A DNA stretch of 64,000 nucleotides, from assembly GCA_963820525.1 (NCBI GenBank), contig CAWGAA010000001.1, positions 2,624,001 through 2,688,000 of the forward strand, read 5' to 3'. This DNA is from an uncultured Spirochaetota bacterium (GTDB lineage: Bacteria > Spirochaetota > Spirochaetia > SZUA-6 > Fen-1364). Position 1 is the stretch's first letter, and each line of letters begins with the position of its first letter. This document shows positions 31,229-42,317 of this stretch, piece after piece. A program made the translations under genes and the position numbers. The notes beneath the pieces were generated by a model. That model was not told where the DNA came from. It saw only the letters and a program-made list of their open reading frames with translations, and ran no database searches.

Positions 31229-33073
31229 GTGGAAAAGCGGGATTTTCCCGATCGGCCCGGCGTTTACATCATGAAGGACTCAAGCGGCGCTCCCATCTAC
31301 GTGGGCAAGGCCAAGAGCCTGAAGCACCGGGTCCGTTCCTACTTCGCGGGAGACAAGGACATCAAGACCAGGTTCCTCCTGGCCGCCATGGAGGACATCG
31401 AGGTCATCATCACGAATACGGAGTACGAGGCGCTGCTTCTGGAGAACAACCTTATCAAGCAGTGGAAGCCCCGGTACAACATCAACCTCAAGGACGGCAA
31501 GACCTACCCCGTCATCCGTCTCACCAATGAGGAGTTTCCCCGCGTGTTTCGCACCCGCAGGATCGTCTTCGACGGTTCGGAGTACTTCGGCCCCTTCCCC
31601 AAGCCCCACCAGATCGACATCTATCTCAAGCTGATCGAGCGCCATTTCAGGCTCTGCAAGTACCGCGGCTCGCGGAAGAGCCGATCGTATCCCTGCCTCA
31701 ACTACCACATGGGCCGCTGCAGCGGCGCCTGCTGCGGCAAGATCAGCCGCGAGGAGTACCTGAAGATCGTCGATGGCGTGAGAAAGCTCTTGAGCGGAAA
31801 GAGCGACGATCTGCTTGCGGATCTTCGCGAGGCGATGAAGGCCGCCTCCGAGGCGCTGGACTTCGAGCGGGCGGCCGGCCTCCGCGACCAGGCGGCGGCC
31901 ATCGAAGAGGTCTCCACCGAGCAGAGGGTGGAGGAGTTCAGCGAGACGGATCGGGACTACGTCGCCCTGGCTCCGGCCGGAGAGGCTTTCATCGTCGTCG
32001 TGCTTCAAGTGCGGGAGGGGAAGCTCCTGGGCAAAGAGGTGTTCCGCGTCGAGGAATACGCAACCGCGGAGGAAACCCTTTCGCACTTCATTGCCCGCTA
32101 CTACACCGAGATCACGATGAGGCCCCGGGAGATCCACGTGACCAAGCCCGTCGATGCGGAAGGCCTCTCCGCGATGCTGCGGGAGCTTTCGGGCAGGAAG
32201 ATCGGGATCACCGTCCCCCAGCGGGGAAAGCACGCTCAGCTTGCCGCGATGGCGGAGGAGAACGCGCGGGAGGAAGCGGCAAAGACCGCGGCGGGGGCGG
32301 ATACCGCGTTCGCCCTGGAGCGGCTTTCCCGGGAGCTGGGCCTGGCCCGGGCTCCCCGAAAGATCGAGGGCTTCGATATCGCGCATCTCGACGGAACCGA
32401 CACGGTGGCCTCGATGGTCAGCTTCCGGGACGGCCGGCCCGAGCGCAAGCAGTATCGTTCTTTCACCATCAGGAGCCTCGGCGGGAAGATCGACGACTTC
32501 GAGTCGATCCGGGAAGCCGTGGCGCGCCGCTATTCCCGGGTTGTCAATGAGGAGCTGGAGCGGCCGGATCTGATCCTCATCGACGGGGGAAAAGGGCAGC
32601 TCGGCGCGGCCAAGGGCATCCTCGACGGGCTGGGCCTGGAGGAGATCCCTGTGATCGGCCTGGCCAAAAAGAAAGAGGAGATCTTTCTTCCCGGACAGGA
32701 GGATCCCGTGGTCCTGGAAGAGGGGACCCCCGCCCTACGGATCCTTCAGGCCGTCCGCAACGAGAGCCACCGCTTCGCCACCACCCTTCACAAGAGGAAG
32801 CGCGCAAAGCGGGTGAGCCTGGCGCTCCTGGAGGGGGTGCCGGGGATCGGAAAGAGGCGGAGCAAGATGCTCATGGAAGTCTTCGGCTCATTGGATGAGA
32901 TCCTGGCCAGAAGCCCCGAGGAGATCTCCCGGGAGAGCGGGATCGCGATGAACATTGCCTCCGAGCTTCTCAAGCGATTGAAGGCCGCCAAAGCCTCGGC
33001 AGCCGGAGCGGAAGTGAATCGGGCTCAGATCAAAGGCCGCCACGAGCCGCGGCCTCCCCGCATCACGATGTAG
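31229..33073 (+). CDS. uvrC: Excinuclease ABC subunit C
   Basis: PDRPGVYIM..IYVGKAKSL (GIY-YIG), LDFERAA, IEGFDIAH, LIDGGKGQL, RNESHRFA and HhH GVPGIG. Start approximate. Confidence 0.97.
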   Translation: MEKRDFPDRPGVYIMKDSSGAPIYVGKAKSLKHRVRSYFAGDKDIKTRFLLAAMEDIEVIITNTEYEALLLENNLIKQWKPRYNINLKDGKTYPVIRLTNEEFPRVFRTRRIVFDGSEYFGPFPKPHQIDIYLKLIERHFRLCKYRGSRKSRSYPCLNYHMGRCSGACCGKISREEYLKIVDGVRKLLSGKSDDLLADLREAMKAASEALDFERAAGLRDQAAAIEEVSTEQRVEEFSETDRDYVALAPAGEAFIVVVLQVREGKLLGKEVFRVEEYATAEETLSHFIARYYTEITMRPREIHVTKPVDAEGLSAMLRELSGRKIGITVPQRGKHAQLAAMAEENAREEAAKTAAGADTAFALERLSRELGLARAPRKIEGFDIAHLDGTDTVASMVSFRDGRPERKQYRSFTIRSLGGKIDDFESIREAVARRYSRVVNEELERPDLILIDGGKGQLGAAKGILDGLGLEEIPVIGLAKKKEEIFLPGQEDPVVLEEGTPALRILQAVRNESHRFATTLHKRKRAKRVSLALLEGVPGIGKRRSKMLMEVFGSLDEILARSPEEISRESGIAMNIASELLKRLKAAKASAAGAEVNRAQIKGRHEPRPPRITM

Positions 33074-34035
33074 TAGAGCATGAGATGGAGGAGCAGGGAG
33101 TGGAGGTCCGCCTTGACGGAGCGGAAGCGCGAGTCGAACTCCGCAAGGAGGAGAATCACGTCCTCGAGCTCCTGTCGGGAATAGTTCTTGTTGCCGTCGA
33201 TGTATGTGCGCTGCGCCTTTTTGGTCGTGATATTGCTCTTGGTGAAGGCCTCGGCGTTGTCGTAGTTCTCGTCGATAAGCCGTTTGAACGCGGCGAGCCT
33301 TCGAAACTGCCACAGCAGGCCGCTCACCAGCTGGGTGGCGTCGGCTTCCCGCGAGAGAAGGATCTTTTCCAGTATCTCCTCGGCTGAGAGCAGGTTTCTT
33401 GCCGAGACCTGATCGAAGAGCGTGAAAACGTTCTCCTCCTTGCTGTGGTAGATGTAGTGCTCCACGCTCTCCAGCCCCACCGCGGCGCCCGGCCCGAAGA
33501 ACAGGGCGAGCCTTTCGCACTCCGAGCGGAGATCGCGGGTGTTGTTCTCGATCATGTCGAGGAGAAAGTCGACCGCCGCCTGCTCGATCGTAATCTTGCG
33601 CTGGCGGAAGAAGTTCACGATCCATCCCGCCTTCTGGTTGTCGAACATCTCCCAGAAAACTCTCTGGCACTCCTTGGGCACCGCCGCCGCGAGCTTCTTG
33701 TCGATCTCCCGCGTGAGCTCGGAGCTCACCAGGAGGAGAGTGGCGTCCTCTGCAGGGGCCTTCAGATACTCGACGAGCGCCTCCGTGTCGTCCCTGCGCT
33801 TGATCACCTCGGCATTGGAGACGATGACCAGGCGGTGGCGGGCGAAGAGGCTCTTGTTTCTAAGCGCGGCCAGGATTTCCTGGCCGCGCGATTCGAAGGC
33901 GTAGAAGCGATGGATCTCGGGGGGCTCTCCGTTTCTCGAGGCGAGGGCGGCGGCCACCTTCTCGATGGCGTCTGCCTTCTGGCCTTCCTCGGGACCGAGG
34001 AATAGCTGGGCGGGAGGGGGGAGGCTTTCAGCCAT
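33025..34035 (-). CDS. holA: DNA polymerase III subunit delta
   Basis: LFLGPEEG, SLFARHRLVIV, LRSECERLALF and ENVFTLFD motifs. Confidence 0.9.
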   Translation of the reverse strand: MAESLPPPAQLFLGPEEGQKADAIEKVAAALASRNGEPPEIHRFYAFESRGQEILAALRNKSLFARHRLVIVSNAEVIKRRDDTEALVEYLKAPAEDATLLLVSSELTREIDKKLAAAVPKECQRVFWEMFDNQKAGWIVNFFRQRKITIEQAAVDFLLDMIENNTRDLRSECERLALFFGPGAAVGLESVEHYIYHSKEENVFTLFDQVSARNLLSAEEILEKILLSREADATQLVSGLLWQFRRLAAFKRLIDENYDNAEAFTKSNITTKKAQRTYIDGNKNYSRQELEDVILLLAEFDSRFRSVKADLHSLLLHLMLYYIVMRGGRGSWRPLI

Positions 34036-34636
34036 AGCGTCTCATGAGGAAGGAGAGCTTGCCGAGGATGCGCACGTTCTGCGTGAAGAGGGGCGGGTAC
34101 TTCGGGTTTTCGGCCTTGAGACGGATCCTGCTTTTCTCTTCGAAGAAGCGCTTGAGGGTTACCGCCTCATCCACCATGGCCACGACGATGTCGCCGTTGT
34201 CGGCGGTGTTCTGATGCGCCACGACGACAACGTCTCCGTCCATGATTCCCGCATCGCTCATGCTGTCGCCCTTGACCTGGAGGGCGAAGTGGGCGGCCTT
34301 GGAGATGCACTCGGCGGGGACCTGAACGTAGCCCTGGAAGTTCTCCTCGGCGAAGAGGGGCTTGCCTGCCGCGACATTGCCCAGGAGGGGGACCGAGATC
34401 AGCCGCGTCTCCTTCTCCGCTTCCGCCTCTGCGGTGACTTCGATGGCGCGGGAGCGGTTTTCGTGGCAGCGCAGGAAGCCCTTCTTCTCCAGGGCCTTCA
34501 CGTGGTCATAGCTGCCCTTGATCGAGAACTGAAAGCCGGTGGCGATCTCGCGGATGGTGGGCGGATAGCGGTTGGTCCGGATGAACTGCCGGATGAAGTC
34601 GTAGACCTCCCGCTGGCGCGCCGTCAAGCCCTTCAT
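34028..34636 (-). CDS. lexA: SOS repressor LexA
   Basis: LTARQ..PPTIREIA, LEKKG..RSRAI, VAAGKP cleavage site, GDSM and VTLKRF. Confidence 0.97.
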   Translation of the reverse strand: MKGLTARQREVYDFIRQFIRTNRYPPTIREIATGFQFSIKGSYDHVKALEKKGFLRCHENRSRAIEVTAEAEAEKETRLISVPLLGNVAAGKPLFAEENFQGYVQVPAECISKAAHFALQVKGDSMSDAGIMDGDVVVVAHQNTADNGDIVVAMVDEAVTLKRFFEEKSRIRLKAENPKYPPLFTQNVRILGKLSFLMRRYG

Positions 34637-36012
34637 GCGTTTTCCCGCTGCTTTTCCACGGTGATTTTCAACTTCTTCATCTTGCTGTGGAGGTTGCTTG
34701 CGTACACGCCGAGCGCCTCCGCCGTGCGGGAGATGTTTCCGCCGTTCTCCCGCAGCTTTTCCCGTATCAGATCCCGCTCGAAGCGGTCCCGCGCCTCGGA
34801 GAGCGGGAGGGCGCCGTAATCCGCCAGCAGTCCGCTGGGCTCCTCCCGCCGCGAGCCGCCGAGGAACGCCCTCACCGACGCGGCCGATATCACGGGCTCT
34901 TCGGTCATGATATTAACCCTCTCCACGAAATTTTTCAATTCCCGGATATTGCCCGGCCAGTGGTAGTCGCAGAGAATCTTCAGCCCCTCGGCAGAGAGCT
35001 TCCGGGGCTCCTGCTCGGACGGCCTCTTGAATTTCGAAAGGAAGTAGGAGGCGAGATCGGGCAGGTCCTCACGCCGCTCGCGCAGGGGGGGCACGACGAT
35101 GGGAACCACGTTGATGCGGAAGAACAGGTCCTCGCGGAACTTTCCCTTCCCGATCATCTCCTTGACGTCCTTGTTGGTGGCTGAGATGACCCGCACGTCC
35201 ACCCCGATGGAATCCTCTCCTCCGATCCTCTCGAAGCGCATCTCCTGAAGGACGCGAAGCACCTTGGCCTGGGTGGCGAGGGACATGTCGGCGATCTCGT
35301 CGAGGAAGAGGGTGCCCTTGTCGGCGAGCTCGAACTTGCCCCGTCGGCGCTGGAGCGCGCTCGTAAAGGCGCCCTTCTCGTGTCCGAAGAGCTCGCTCTC
35401 GATGAGCGTTTCTGGGATGGCGGCGCAGTTCACCTCCACGAAGGGTCCCTCGGCCCGCCTGCTGGTGCGGTGGATCTCCTTGGCAACGAGCTCCTTGCCC
35501 GTGCCGTTCTCCCCAAGGATCAGGATGCGGGAATCGCTTGCGGCGGCCTGCTCGATGAGCTCCCGCACCTTTTTCATGGGAGGGCTCTCTCCGACCATGC
35601 GGTCTTCGATGAAGAGGCTGTTCTTGAGCGTCCGGTTCTCCTTCTTCAGCACCTCCAGCTGGAGGGCGTTCCGCACCACGGTGATGGTCTTGTCGAGGGA
35701 GAGAGGCTTCTCGAGAAAGTCGAAGGCGCCGATCTTCACGGCCTGGACGGCGAGGTTGATGTTGGCATGGCCCGAGATCATGATGACCTCGACGTCGGGA
35801 AATTCTTCCCGAACCCGCTTCAGCACGTCGATCCCGCCCATGTTTGGCAGCCACACGTCGAGGAACACGAGGTCCACGGGATTGGAGGCGAGCTGGGACA
35901 GACCGTCGAGACCGTCCTCGGCCGTGAGGACCGTGTATCCCTCGTCCTGAAGCACGTCCTTGAGCACGGCGCGGATCCCCGGCTCATCGTCGATGATGAG
36001 GATGGCGCTCAT
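34633..36012 (-). CDS. Sigma54-dependent response regulator (NtrX/NtrC type: REC-AAA+-HTH)
   Basis: REC domain (LDVWLP), [28 protein letters not shown] and Fis-type HTH. Confidence 0.95.
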   Translation of the reverse strand: MSAILIIDDEPGIRAVLKDVLQDEGYTVLTAEDGLDGLSQLASNPVDLVFLDVWLPNMGGIDVLKRVREEFPDVEVIMISGHANINLAVQAVKIGAFDFLEKPLSLDKTITVVRNALQLEVLKKENRTLKNSLFIEDRMVGESPPMKKVRELIEQAAASDSRILILGENGTGKELVAKEIHRTSRRAEGPFVEVNCAAIPETLIESELFGHEKGAFTSALQRRRGKFELADKGTLFLDEIADMSLATQAKVLRVLQEMRFERIGGEDSIGVDVRVISATNKDVKEMIGKGKFREDLFFRINVVPIVVPPLRERREDLPDLASYFLSKFKRPSEQEPRKLSAEGLKILCDYHWPGNIRELKNFVERVNIMTEEPVISAASVRAFLGGSRREEPSGLLADYGALPLSEARDRFERDLIREKLRENGGNISRTAEALGVYASNLHSKMKKLKITVEKQRENA

Positions 36013-37818
36013 TCAGGCTCCCATGGGAAGGTCGATGAAGAATGTGGTCCCGACGTTCTTCTCGCTCTCGGCCCACACGTTGCCGTTGTGGTCGAAGACG
36101 ATGCGCTGAACGATGGCAAGCCCCAATCCTGTCCCGTCCTTCTTCGTGGTGAAGTATGGGTCGAAAATCCGTTCCATGTCATTCCTGTCTATCCCGGCTC
36201 CCGTATCGCTCACCGCGATCCGGTAGAACGCGGCATGGCCCTTTCGCACGGGATCCGCCCTCACCGAGAGAAGCCCGCCGGCCGGCATTGCCTGTATCGC
36301 GTTCTTGAAGAGGTTGGCGAATACCCGCTTCATCTGGTTCTTGTCCACGTTGAGCATGATGGAATCGCTCACCTCTTCCATATCGAAGCGGACCGTTCCC
36401 GAGAGCGTATTATATACCGATGCGACCTCCCAGATCATATCCCGCAGGCTGGTGGGCTTGGGCTGCGGGACGGGGAGCTTGGCGAACTCGCCGAACTCCC
36501 GCAGGAGCTTTTCCAGGTTCTCCACCTCCTGAATGATGGCGGACACGGAGCCGTGGAGAACGGAGGCGAAATCGTCGGGGGTCTCCGCCTGCAATTGCCC
36601 TTCCTGCGCGCGCTCGGCGGCGAGCGCGTCCCCGTGCCTCTTGAGGATCCGCTGGGCGGAGAGCTTGATCGGCGTCAGCGGGTTCCTGATCTCGTGGGCC
36701 AGCCGCTGGGCGATCTCCTGCCATGCCGTGATCCTCTCCGCCTGGAGGAGCTTCTTGCGGGAGTGGTCCAGCTCCGCGATCATCATGTTGAAGGAGTCCA
36801 CGAGGTTGGCGAGCTCGTCCCGCGAACGGGTGAGGATCCTGAAGGAAAAGTCTCCCTCGGCGATCCTCTGGGTGGCCTGCTCGAGATTGACGATGGGGCT
36901 CATGATCCGCTCTGTGAGAAGGAGGCTCACGAGGACCGTAATGATGAAGATGGGCAGGGAGAAGAGGAAGAAGAAGGCCACGAGCACGATCTGGAAAAGC
37001 TCCCGATAGCGGTCGAGCTGGCTGAAGACGGTGAGGGTGCCGGTGAGCTGGCGGGCGTTGCTCACCAGGTCCCGGGAGATGAGGGTGCTGAAGACCGCGA
37101 CGTAGCGTTTGCCGCCGAAGGAGAGCGGCCGCACGTCGCGCAGGATGCTCACCTCCTGCCGGTCTTCCCGCTGGCTCCCCTGCGAGCCCTTCACGAGGGA
37201 GAAGTCTCCCAGGCGCGCGCGCTCGTCACCCCGATAGCCGATGAGCCTGCCGTCCGCCGTGTAGAGCTGGATTGCGTCGATGCCGCTGTTGAGGCTCTGG
37301 ATCGTCCTCCAGGTGCGCTCGGGGTTCGAAGCGAACTCCGCGACGATGGGAACCACGGCCTGGCCCTCGGCAAAGGAGCTCAAGTTGCGCACCTTTTCCT
37401 GGTACGAGCTCATGGAGATGTGGGAAGCCCCCTTGAGGGCGTCTCCGATCGCCTTGCTGAACCACGTGCCCATGGCCGAGTTGATGAAGGTGACGGCGAG
37501 CACCCCCTGGGGAACCGCGGAGAGGAGCGAGATGAGGATGAAGAACATCGTGAGGCGCAGCTTCAACGCCGCCCCGGGCTTCCGCTGGGTTCTCTGGCGC
37601 AGGAGACGGGTGATCTGGAATATCACCAATCCCAGAAGAATCAGGGGAAGCCCGCCCGCCACCACGAGGGCCAGCGTGTTGGCCGCGGGATTTGCCGTGG
37701 AGATGTTGGTGATGAGGGCGCGGGAGAAGACGATGATCCCGCCGATGAGAAGCATGAAGATGAGAATGAGCACGAGGATGCCCCGCGTGGAGTTCTCTAC
37801 CGGTGTCGAGCTTCTCAC
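36013..37818 (-). CDS. NtrY-like sensor histidine kinase (TM-HAMP-HisKA-HATPase)
   Basis: AWQEIAQRLAHEIRNPLTPIKLSAQR, NLFKNA, DTGAG and FTTKKDGTGLGL motifs. Confidence 0.95.
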   Translation of the reverse strand: MRSSTPVENSTRGILVLILIFMLLIGGIIVFSRALITNISTANPAANTLALVVAGGLPLILLGLVIFQITRLLRQRTQRKPGAALKLRLTMFFILISLLSAVPQGVLAVTFINSAMGTWFSKAIGDALKGASHISMSSYQEKVRNLSSFAEGQAVVPIVAEFASNPERTWRTIQSLNSGIDAIQLYTADGRLIGYRGDERARLGDFSLVKGSQGSQREDRQEVSILRDVRPLSFGGKRYVAVFSTLISRDLVSNARQLTGTLTVFSQLDRYRELFQIVLVAFFFLFSLPIFIITVLVSLLLTERIMSPIVNLEQATQRIAEGDFSFRILTRSRDELANLVDSFNMMIAELDHSRKKLLQAERITAWQEIAQRLAHEIRNPLTPIKLSAQRILKRHGDALAAERAQEGQLQAETPDDFASVLHGSVSAIIQEVENLEKLLREFGEFAKLPVPQPKPTSLRDMIWEVASVYNTLSGTVRFDMEEVSDSIMLNVDKNQMKRVFANLFKNAIQAMPAGGLLSVRADPVRKGHAAFYRIAVSDTGAGIDRNDMERIFDPYFTTKKDGTGLGLAIVQRIVFDHNGNVWAESEKNVGTTFFIDLPMGA

Positions 37819-38417
37819 CGCGGCGCCACCTTTCCCATGACCCAGGGGCTCGTGTAGGTTCCCGTCGCTCCGATGAGCGACACGATTGTCAGGGGCGGCA
37901 TGAGCCGCACGGGATCGAACTGGACCCGCGCCGTCACGAAGGGAGAGCGCAGCCTGGCCCGAGAATCCAGGGCGATTCCCGTCCAGGAGAAAAATCCGTT
38001 GATGAGATCCTCCGGCCGGTCGAATGACCGTCTCCCGCCCCCCTCCGATTCGACGATGTATTTGTGCTCCAGGAAATCATAGAAGGCGCTCTGGGAAATG
38101 CTCTTTTCCACGACCAGCGAGTTCTCGAGGAACGGGAGAGCCGCCGGCCGTTTCTCGAAGAGCCGCAGGGTGAATGTGATGCGCGACTCCAGGCCGTCCT
38201 GCAGCGCGGAGAGAAGCTCCTCCTGCCGCTCCCAGCGGAACGCCACGTCCGCCCGCACAATGCCCTCTGCGACCGAAACGGTGAGCTTCACATCCTGGGC
38301 ACCGACGGGTGCGGGGAAAAGAATGACCAGGGCCGCGCAGAGGAGCCGCAGGCCCGCCGTTCTTTGCGCCCTATTCCTCCTCGAACTTGCTTTCGAATAG
38401 CTTTTCAATGGCGTCAA
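37815..38417 (-). CDS. DUF4390-like exported protein
   Basis: Signal-like segment and ALQDG..ITFTLRL..YDFLEHKY; typical position upstream of ntrY. Start uncertain. Confidence 0.6.
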   Translation of the reverse strand: MTPLKSYSKASSRRNRAQRTAGLRLLCAALVILFPAPVGAQDVKLTVSVAEGIVRADVAFRWERQEELLSALQDGLESRITFTLRLFEKRPAALPFLENSLVVEKSISQSAFYDFLEHKYIVESEGGGRRSFDRPEDLINGFFSWTGIALDSRARLRSPFVTARVQFDPVRLMPPLTIVSLIGATGTYTSPWVMGKVAPR

Positions 38418-38637
38418 GGGCCTCCACTTCGTCGGGTCCGTCGGCGATGATCTTCAGCGGGGTATCATAGGTAGCCCCGAGGGTGATGACGCCCATGATC
38501 GATTTCCCGTTGACCCTCTCGCTGTCCTTTTCCAGAAAGATCTGGGATTGAAAGGAGCTCGCCGTTTTCACCAAAAGCGCCGCCGGCCGGGCGTGCATGC
38601 CCGCGCGGTTTCTGATCGTTACAGTGCGCTCCACCAT
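38371..38637 (-). CDS. ptsH: Phosphocarrier HPr
   Basis: GMHARPA (His15), NGKSIMG (Ser46) and GPDE..A motifs. Confidence 0.96.
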   Translation of the reverse strand: MVERTVTIRNRAGMHARPAALLVKTASSFQSQIFLEKDSERVNGKSIMGVITLGATYDTPLKIIADGPDEVEALDAIEKLFESKFEEE

Positions 38638-38643
38638 GTCTCC

Positions 38644-39636
<993 letters not shown>

Positions 39637-39666
39637 ATCACTTCCTTGCGGCGGGCGGGGAGCGCC

Positions 39667-39990
39667 CTACTCCTCAACGGTTGGAGCCGCTTCCTTTTTC
39701 CGATGATCCTGGATTTTCGATTTCTCCTTTTCTATCTTGGCCTCCAGCTTGTCGAAGAGGGAATCGATGCCCTGATAGAGATCGAAGCCGTCGATTCCGA
39801 CGTGAACCGATGTCCCCCAGCGGAAGTTGATGGTCGCCTCGAACTTATAGAGGCTCTTCTCCTTGGCGAAGTTGATCAGGAAGTCAACGATGTGGTCCTT
39901 GGCGAAGTCGAGCCTCTGCATTTTCTTGTCAACGTAGCTTTTTATCTTCTCGTTCACCGCGAGGTGGATGCCCTTGATCTCGACGTTCAT
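39667..39990 (-). CDS. hpf: Ribosome hibernation promoting factor (HPF/RaiA)
   Basis: MNVEIKGIHL..KSYVDKK..DLYQGID..KLE; directly downstream of rpoN. Confidence 0.9.
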   Translation of the reverse strand: MNVEIKGIHLAVNEKIKSYVDKKMQRLDFAKDHIVDFLINFAKEKSLYKFEATINFRWGTSVHVGIDGFDLYQGIDSLFDKLEAKIEKEKSKIQDHRKKEAAPTVEE

Positions 39991-41378
39991 ACGTGCCTCC
40001 TCTGATAGGATGAATCGATGTCCAGCTCGCCGCGGTATTTCGCGGCCGTGCGCCGCGCGATGCGGATCCCCCGGTTGGCCAGGATCTCGACGATCTTCTG
40101 GTCCGAAAGACCCTTTTCGCCGCCTTCCTGTTGGATGATTTCCCGGATGATCTCCTTGACGCCCTCCTTGGAGAAGCGCGAGTCGGACGAGCCCGGCCCC
40201 GCTATCGAGTTTGAAAAGAAATGCTTCAGCGCGAAAATACCCCATTCTGTCTGCATGTGCTTGGAGGAGGTGATGCGGGAGACGGTGGCCTCGTGCACGC
40301 CGATCTCCTTGGCGATGTCCTTCAATGTGAGCGGCTTCAGGTACTTGGGGCCCTTGAGAAAGAACTCCCTTTGAAACTCGACGATCGCCCGACACACCTT
40401 CGCGAGCGTTGCGTTCCTCTGGGCAACGCTCCTGATGAACCAGCGTGCGTTCTGGAGATTCGTGGCCAGGAACTGCCGCACCTGCGGGTCCTTGCCCCGG
40501 GTGCGCTCCTTGGACATCTTCTCGAAGAGCGGGTTGATTCCGAGCACGGGGATCATCTCGTCATTCAAAATAAGCACGAACTCACCCTCGTGCAATCTGA
40601 CCTGGACGTCGGGGATCACGTAGCGGGGCACTTCGCGCGAGTAGCTTCGGCCCGGCAGGGGATCCAGGCTCTTGATGAAGGCGATGATCGTCTTCAGCTC
40701 ATCCTCCGTCACCTTCATCGCCTTCTGGATCTCCTTGTACTTTCTCTTCTCGAGGGCCTCGAAATGCTTTTCCACCAGCTCGGCCGCCCGGGGATGGCGA
40801 TCGGGGCGGGCGGCTATCTGCACGAGAAGGCTCTCACAGAAATCCTTCACGCAGATTCCGATGGGATCGAACCCCTGGACCAGGGCGAGAACCTTCGGCA
40901 ACAGCTGCCTTTCCTGGTCAGTCTTGACCAGGAGCTCCGGCGGCTCCCGGTGGAAGCCGTTCTCGTCGAGGTTCCTGATGAGAAGCTCCCCGACCCGCCG
41001 CTCCTCTTCCGTGATCGGCTGCAGGGCAAGCAGCCACAGGAGGTGGTCCTGGAGGCTCTCGGGCTGGGAGAGTACCCCCTCCATGAACTGTCGTTTGGCG
41101 TCGCTCGCCGCCTCGGCGTCGGCCCGGGAGTATCCAGAATCCGAGGAGTGGTCGAAGAAGTCGCCCTCGTCCATCCCCTTTTCCCTCTGGGGCATGGAGT
41201 CGAGGGAAACCGTGGTGTTGTCTTCTTCGGCCTGGAGCGCCGGATTTTTCTCCAGCTCTTCCTCGATCGTCGTCTTCAAATCCTGGAGGGGAAGCGCCAT
41301 GAGCCGGACAGCCTGGTAGAGCTGCGGCGTCATCTTGAGCTTCTGGACCTGTTTCAGGACCGGTCTCTGGGTTTGCAC
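39987..41378 (-). CDS. rpoN: RNA polymerase sigma-54 factor
   Basis: Q-rich region I, HEATVSR and RpoN box ARRTAAKYR. Confidence 0.98.
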   Translation of the reverse strand: MQTQRPVLKQVQKLKMTPQLYQAVRLMALPLQDLKTTIEEELEKNPALQAEEDNTTVSLDSMPQREKGMDEGDFFDHSSDSGYSRADAEAASDAKRQFMEGVLSQPESLQDHLLWLLALQPITEEERRVGELLIRNLDENGFHREPPELLVKTDQERQLLPKVLALVQGFDPIGICVKDFCESLLVQIAARPDRHPRAAELVEKHFEALEKRKYKEIQKAMKVTEDELKTIIAFIKSLDPLPGRSYSREVPRYVIPDVQVRLHEGEFVLILNDEMIPVLGINPLFEKMSKERTRGKDPQVRQFLATNLQNARWFIRSVAQRNATLAKVCRAIVEFQREFFLKGPKYLKPLTLKDIAKEIGVHEATVSRITSSKHMQTEWGIFALKHFFSNSIAGPGSSDSRFSKEGVKEIIREIIQQEGGEKGLSDQKIVEILANRGIRIARRTAAKYRGELDIDSSYQRRHV

Positions 41379-41406
41379 TCCTCCTCCGGGCTTCTCTCCA
41401 CAGTCG

Positions 41407-41436
41407 ATTGTGAAGCACGCTCACGGGGTTTGTCAA
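41407..41436 (-). promoter_or_regulatory. sigma70-like promoter TTGACA-N18-CACAAT upstream of rpoN
   Basis: Minus-strand sequence upstream of the GGAGGAG RBS of rpoN. Confidence 0.5.
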
Positions 41437-41582
41437 TGTTTATGATATCCCGGCTGCCGCCTTAGATCCGGCTGCCGCCGTCCATGGCGCCTGGAAGCTC
41501 GCTGCGCTCGCTGGCAGCACCGCCAGCCCTTCCGCCCTCCCAGCGGCGTTTTTCTCGCTTCGCTCGAAAAGCCGCCGCAGGA

Positions 41583-42317
41583 CTAGATCTGGAACTCCTC
41601 GCCGAGGTAGATCCTGCGGGCAATCTCGCTTTCCAGGAGCTCCTCCTTGGTGCCGCTCACCAGGATCTCGCCATGGTTGATGATGTGGGAGCGGTGCGTG
41701 ATCTGGAGGGTGTCGCGCACGTTGTGGTCCGTGATGAGAACGCCGATGCCTTTCGCCGAAAGCTCCTGGACGATCCTTTTGATCTCGGAAACGGCGATGG
41801 GGTCGATGCCCGCGAACGGCTCGTCGAGGAGCAGGAACTTGGGCTCGATGGCCAGGGACCGCGCGATCTCGGTCCTGCGCCGCTCTCCTCCAGACAGGGT
41901 GTACGCCTTCTGCCTTCGAAGCTGCTTGATTCCCAGCTCGTCCAGGAGTTCGTCCAGGAGCATGCGTTTTTCGGCTTGGGTGAGGGTGTTTCTCGTCTCG
42001 AGGATCGCGGCGATGTTGTCCTCGACGCTGAGCTTGCGGAATACGGACGGCTCCTGGGGGAGGTAGGAAATTCCCATGCGGGCGCGCTTGAACATGGGGA
42101 GAGCCGAGATGTCCTTCCCGTCGAGGTAGATCTTGCCCGAGGTGGGGTGGATGAATCCCACGACCATGTAGAAGACGGTCGTCTTTCCGGCGCCATTGGG
42201 GCCGAGGAGCCCGACAACCTCGCCGCTTTCCATGCTGAAGGTGACCTCGCGGACCGCCTGTTTTTTGCCGAAAAACTTGACCAGTCCTTCCAGGGAGAGG
42301 GTGCCCCTACCGATCAA
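41583..42317 (-). CDS. lptB: Lpt ABC transporter ATP-binding protein
   Basis: GPNGAGKTT, YLPQEPSVFRKL, LSGGERRR, LLDEPFAGIDP and ITDHNVR; start approximate (TTG 42317). Confidence 0.96.
   Translation of the reverse strand: MIGRGTLSLEGLVKFFGKKQAVREVTFSMESGEVVGLLGPNGAGKTTVFYMVVGFIHPTSGKIYLDGKDISALPMFKRARMGISYLPQEPSVFRKLSVEDNIAAILETRNTLTQAEKRMLLDELLDELGIKQLRRQKAYTLSGGERRRTEIARSLAIEPKFLLLDEPFAGIDPIAVSEIKRIVQELSAKGIGVLITDHNVRDTLQITHRSHIINHGEILVSGTKEELLESEIARRIYLGEEFQI

Noticed and set aside
35380..37857. 825-aa plus-strand ORF, and other long antisense ORFs such as 38548-40005, 43904-45442 and 56835-58397
   Set aside because: Shadow frames opposite well-supported genes, expected in high-GC DNA; no protein motifs.
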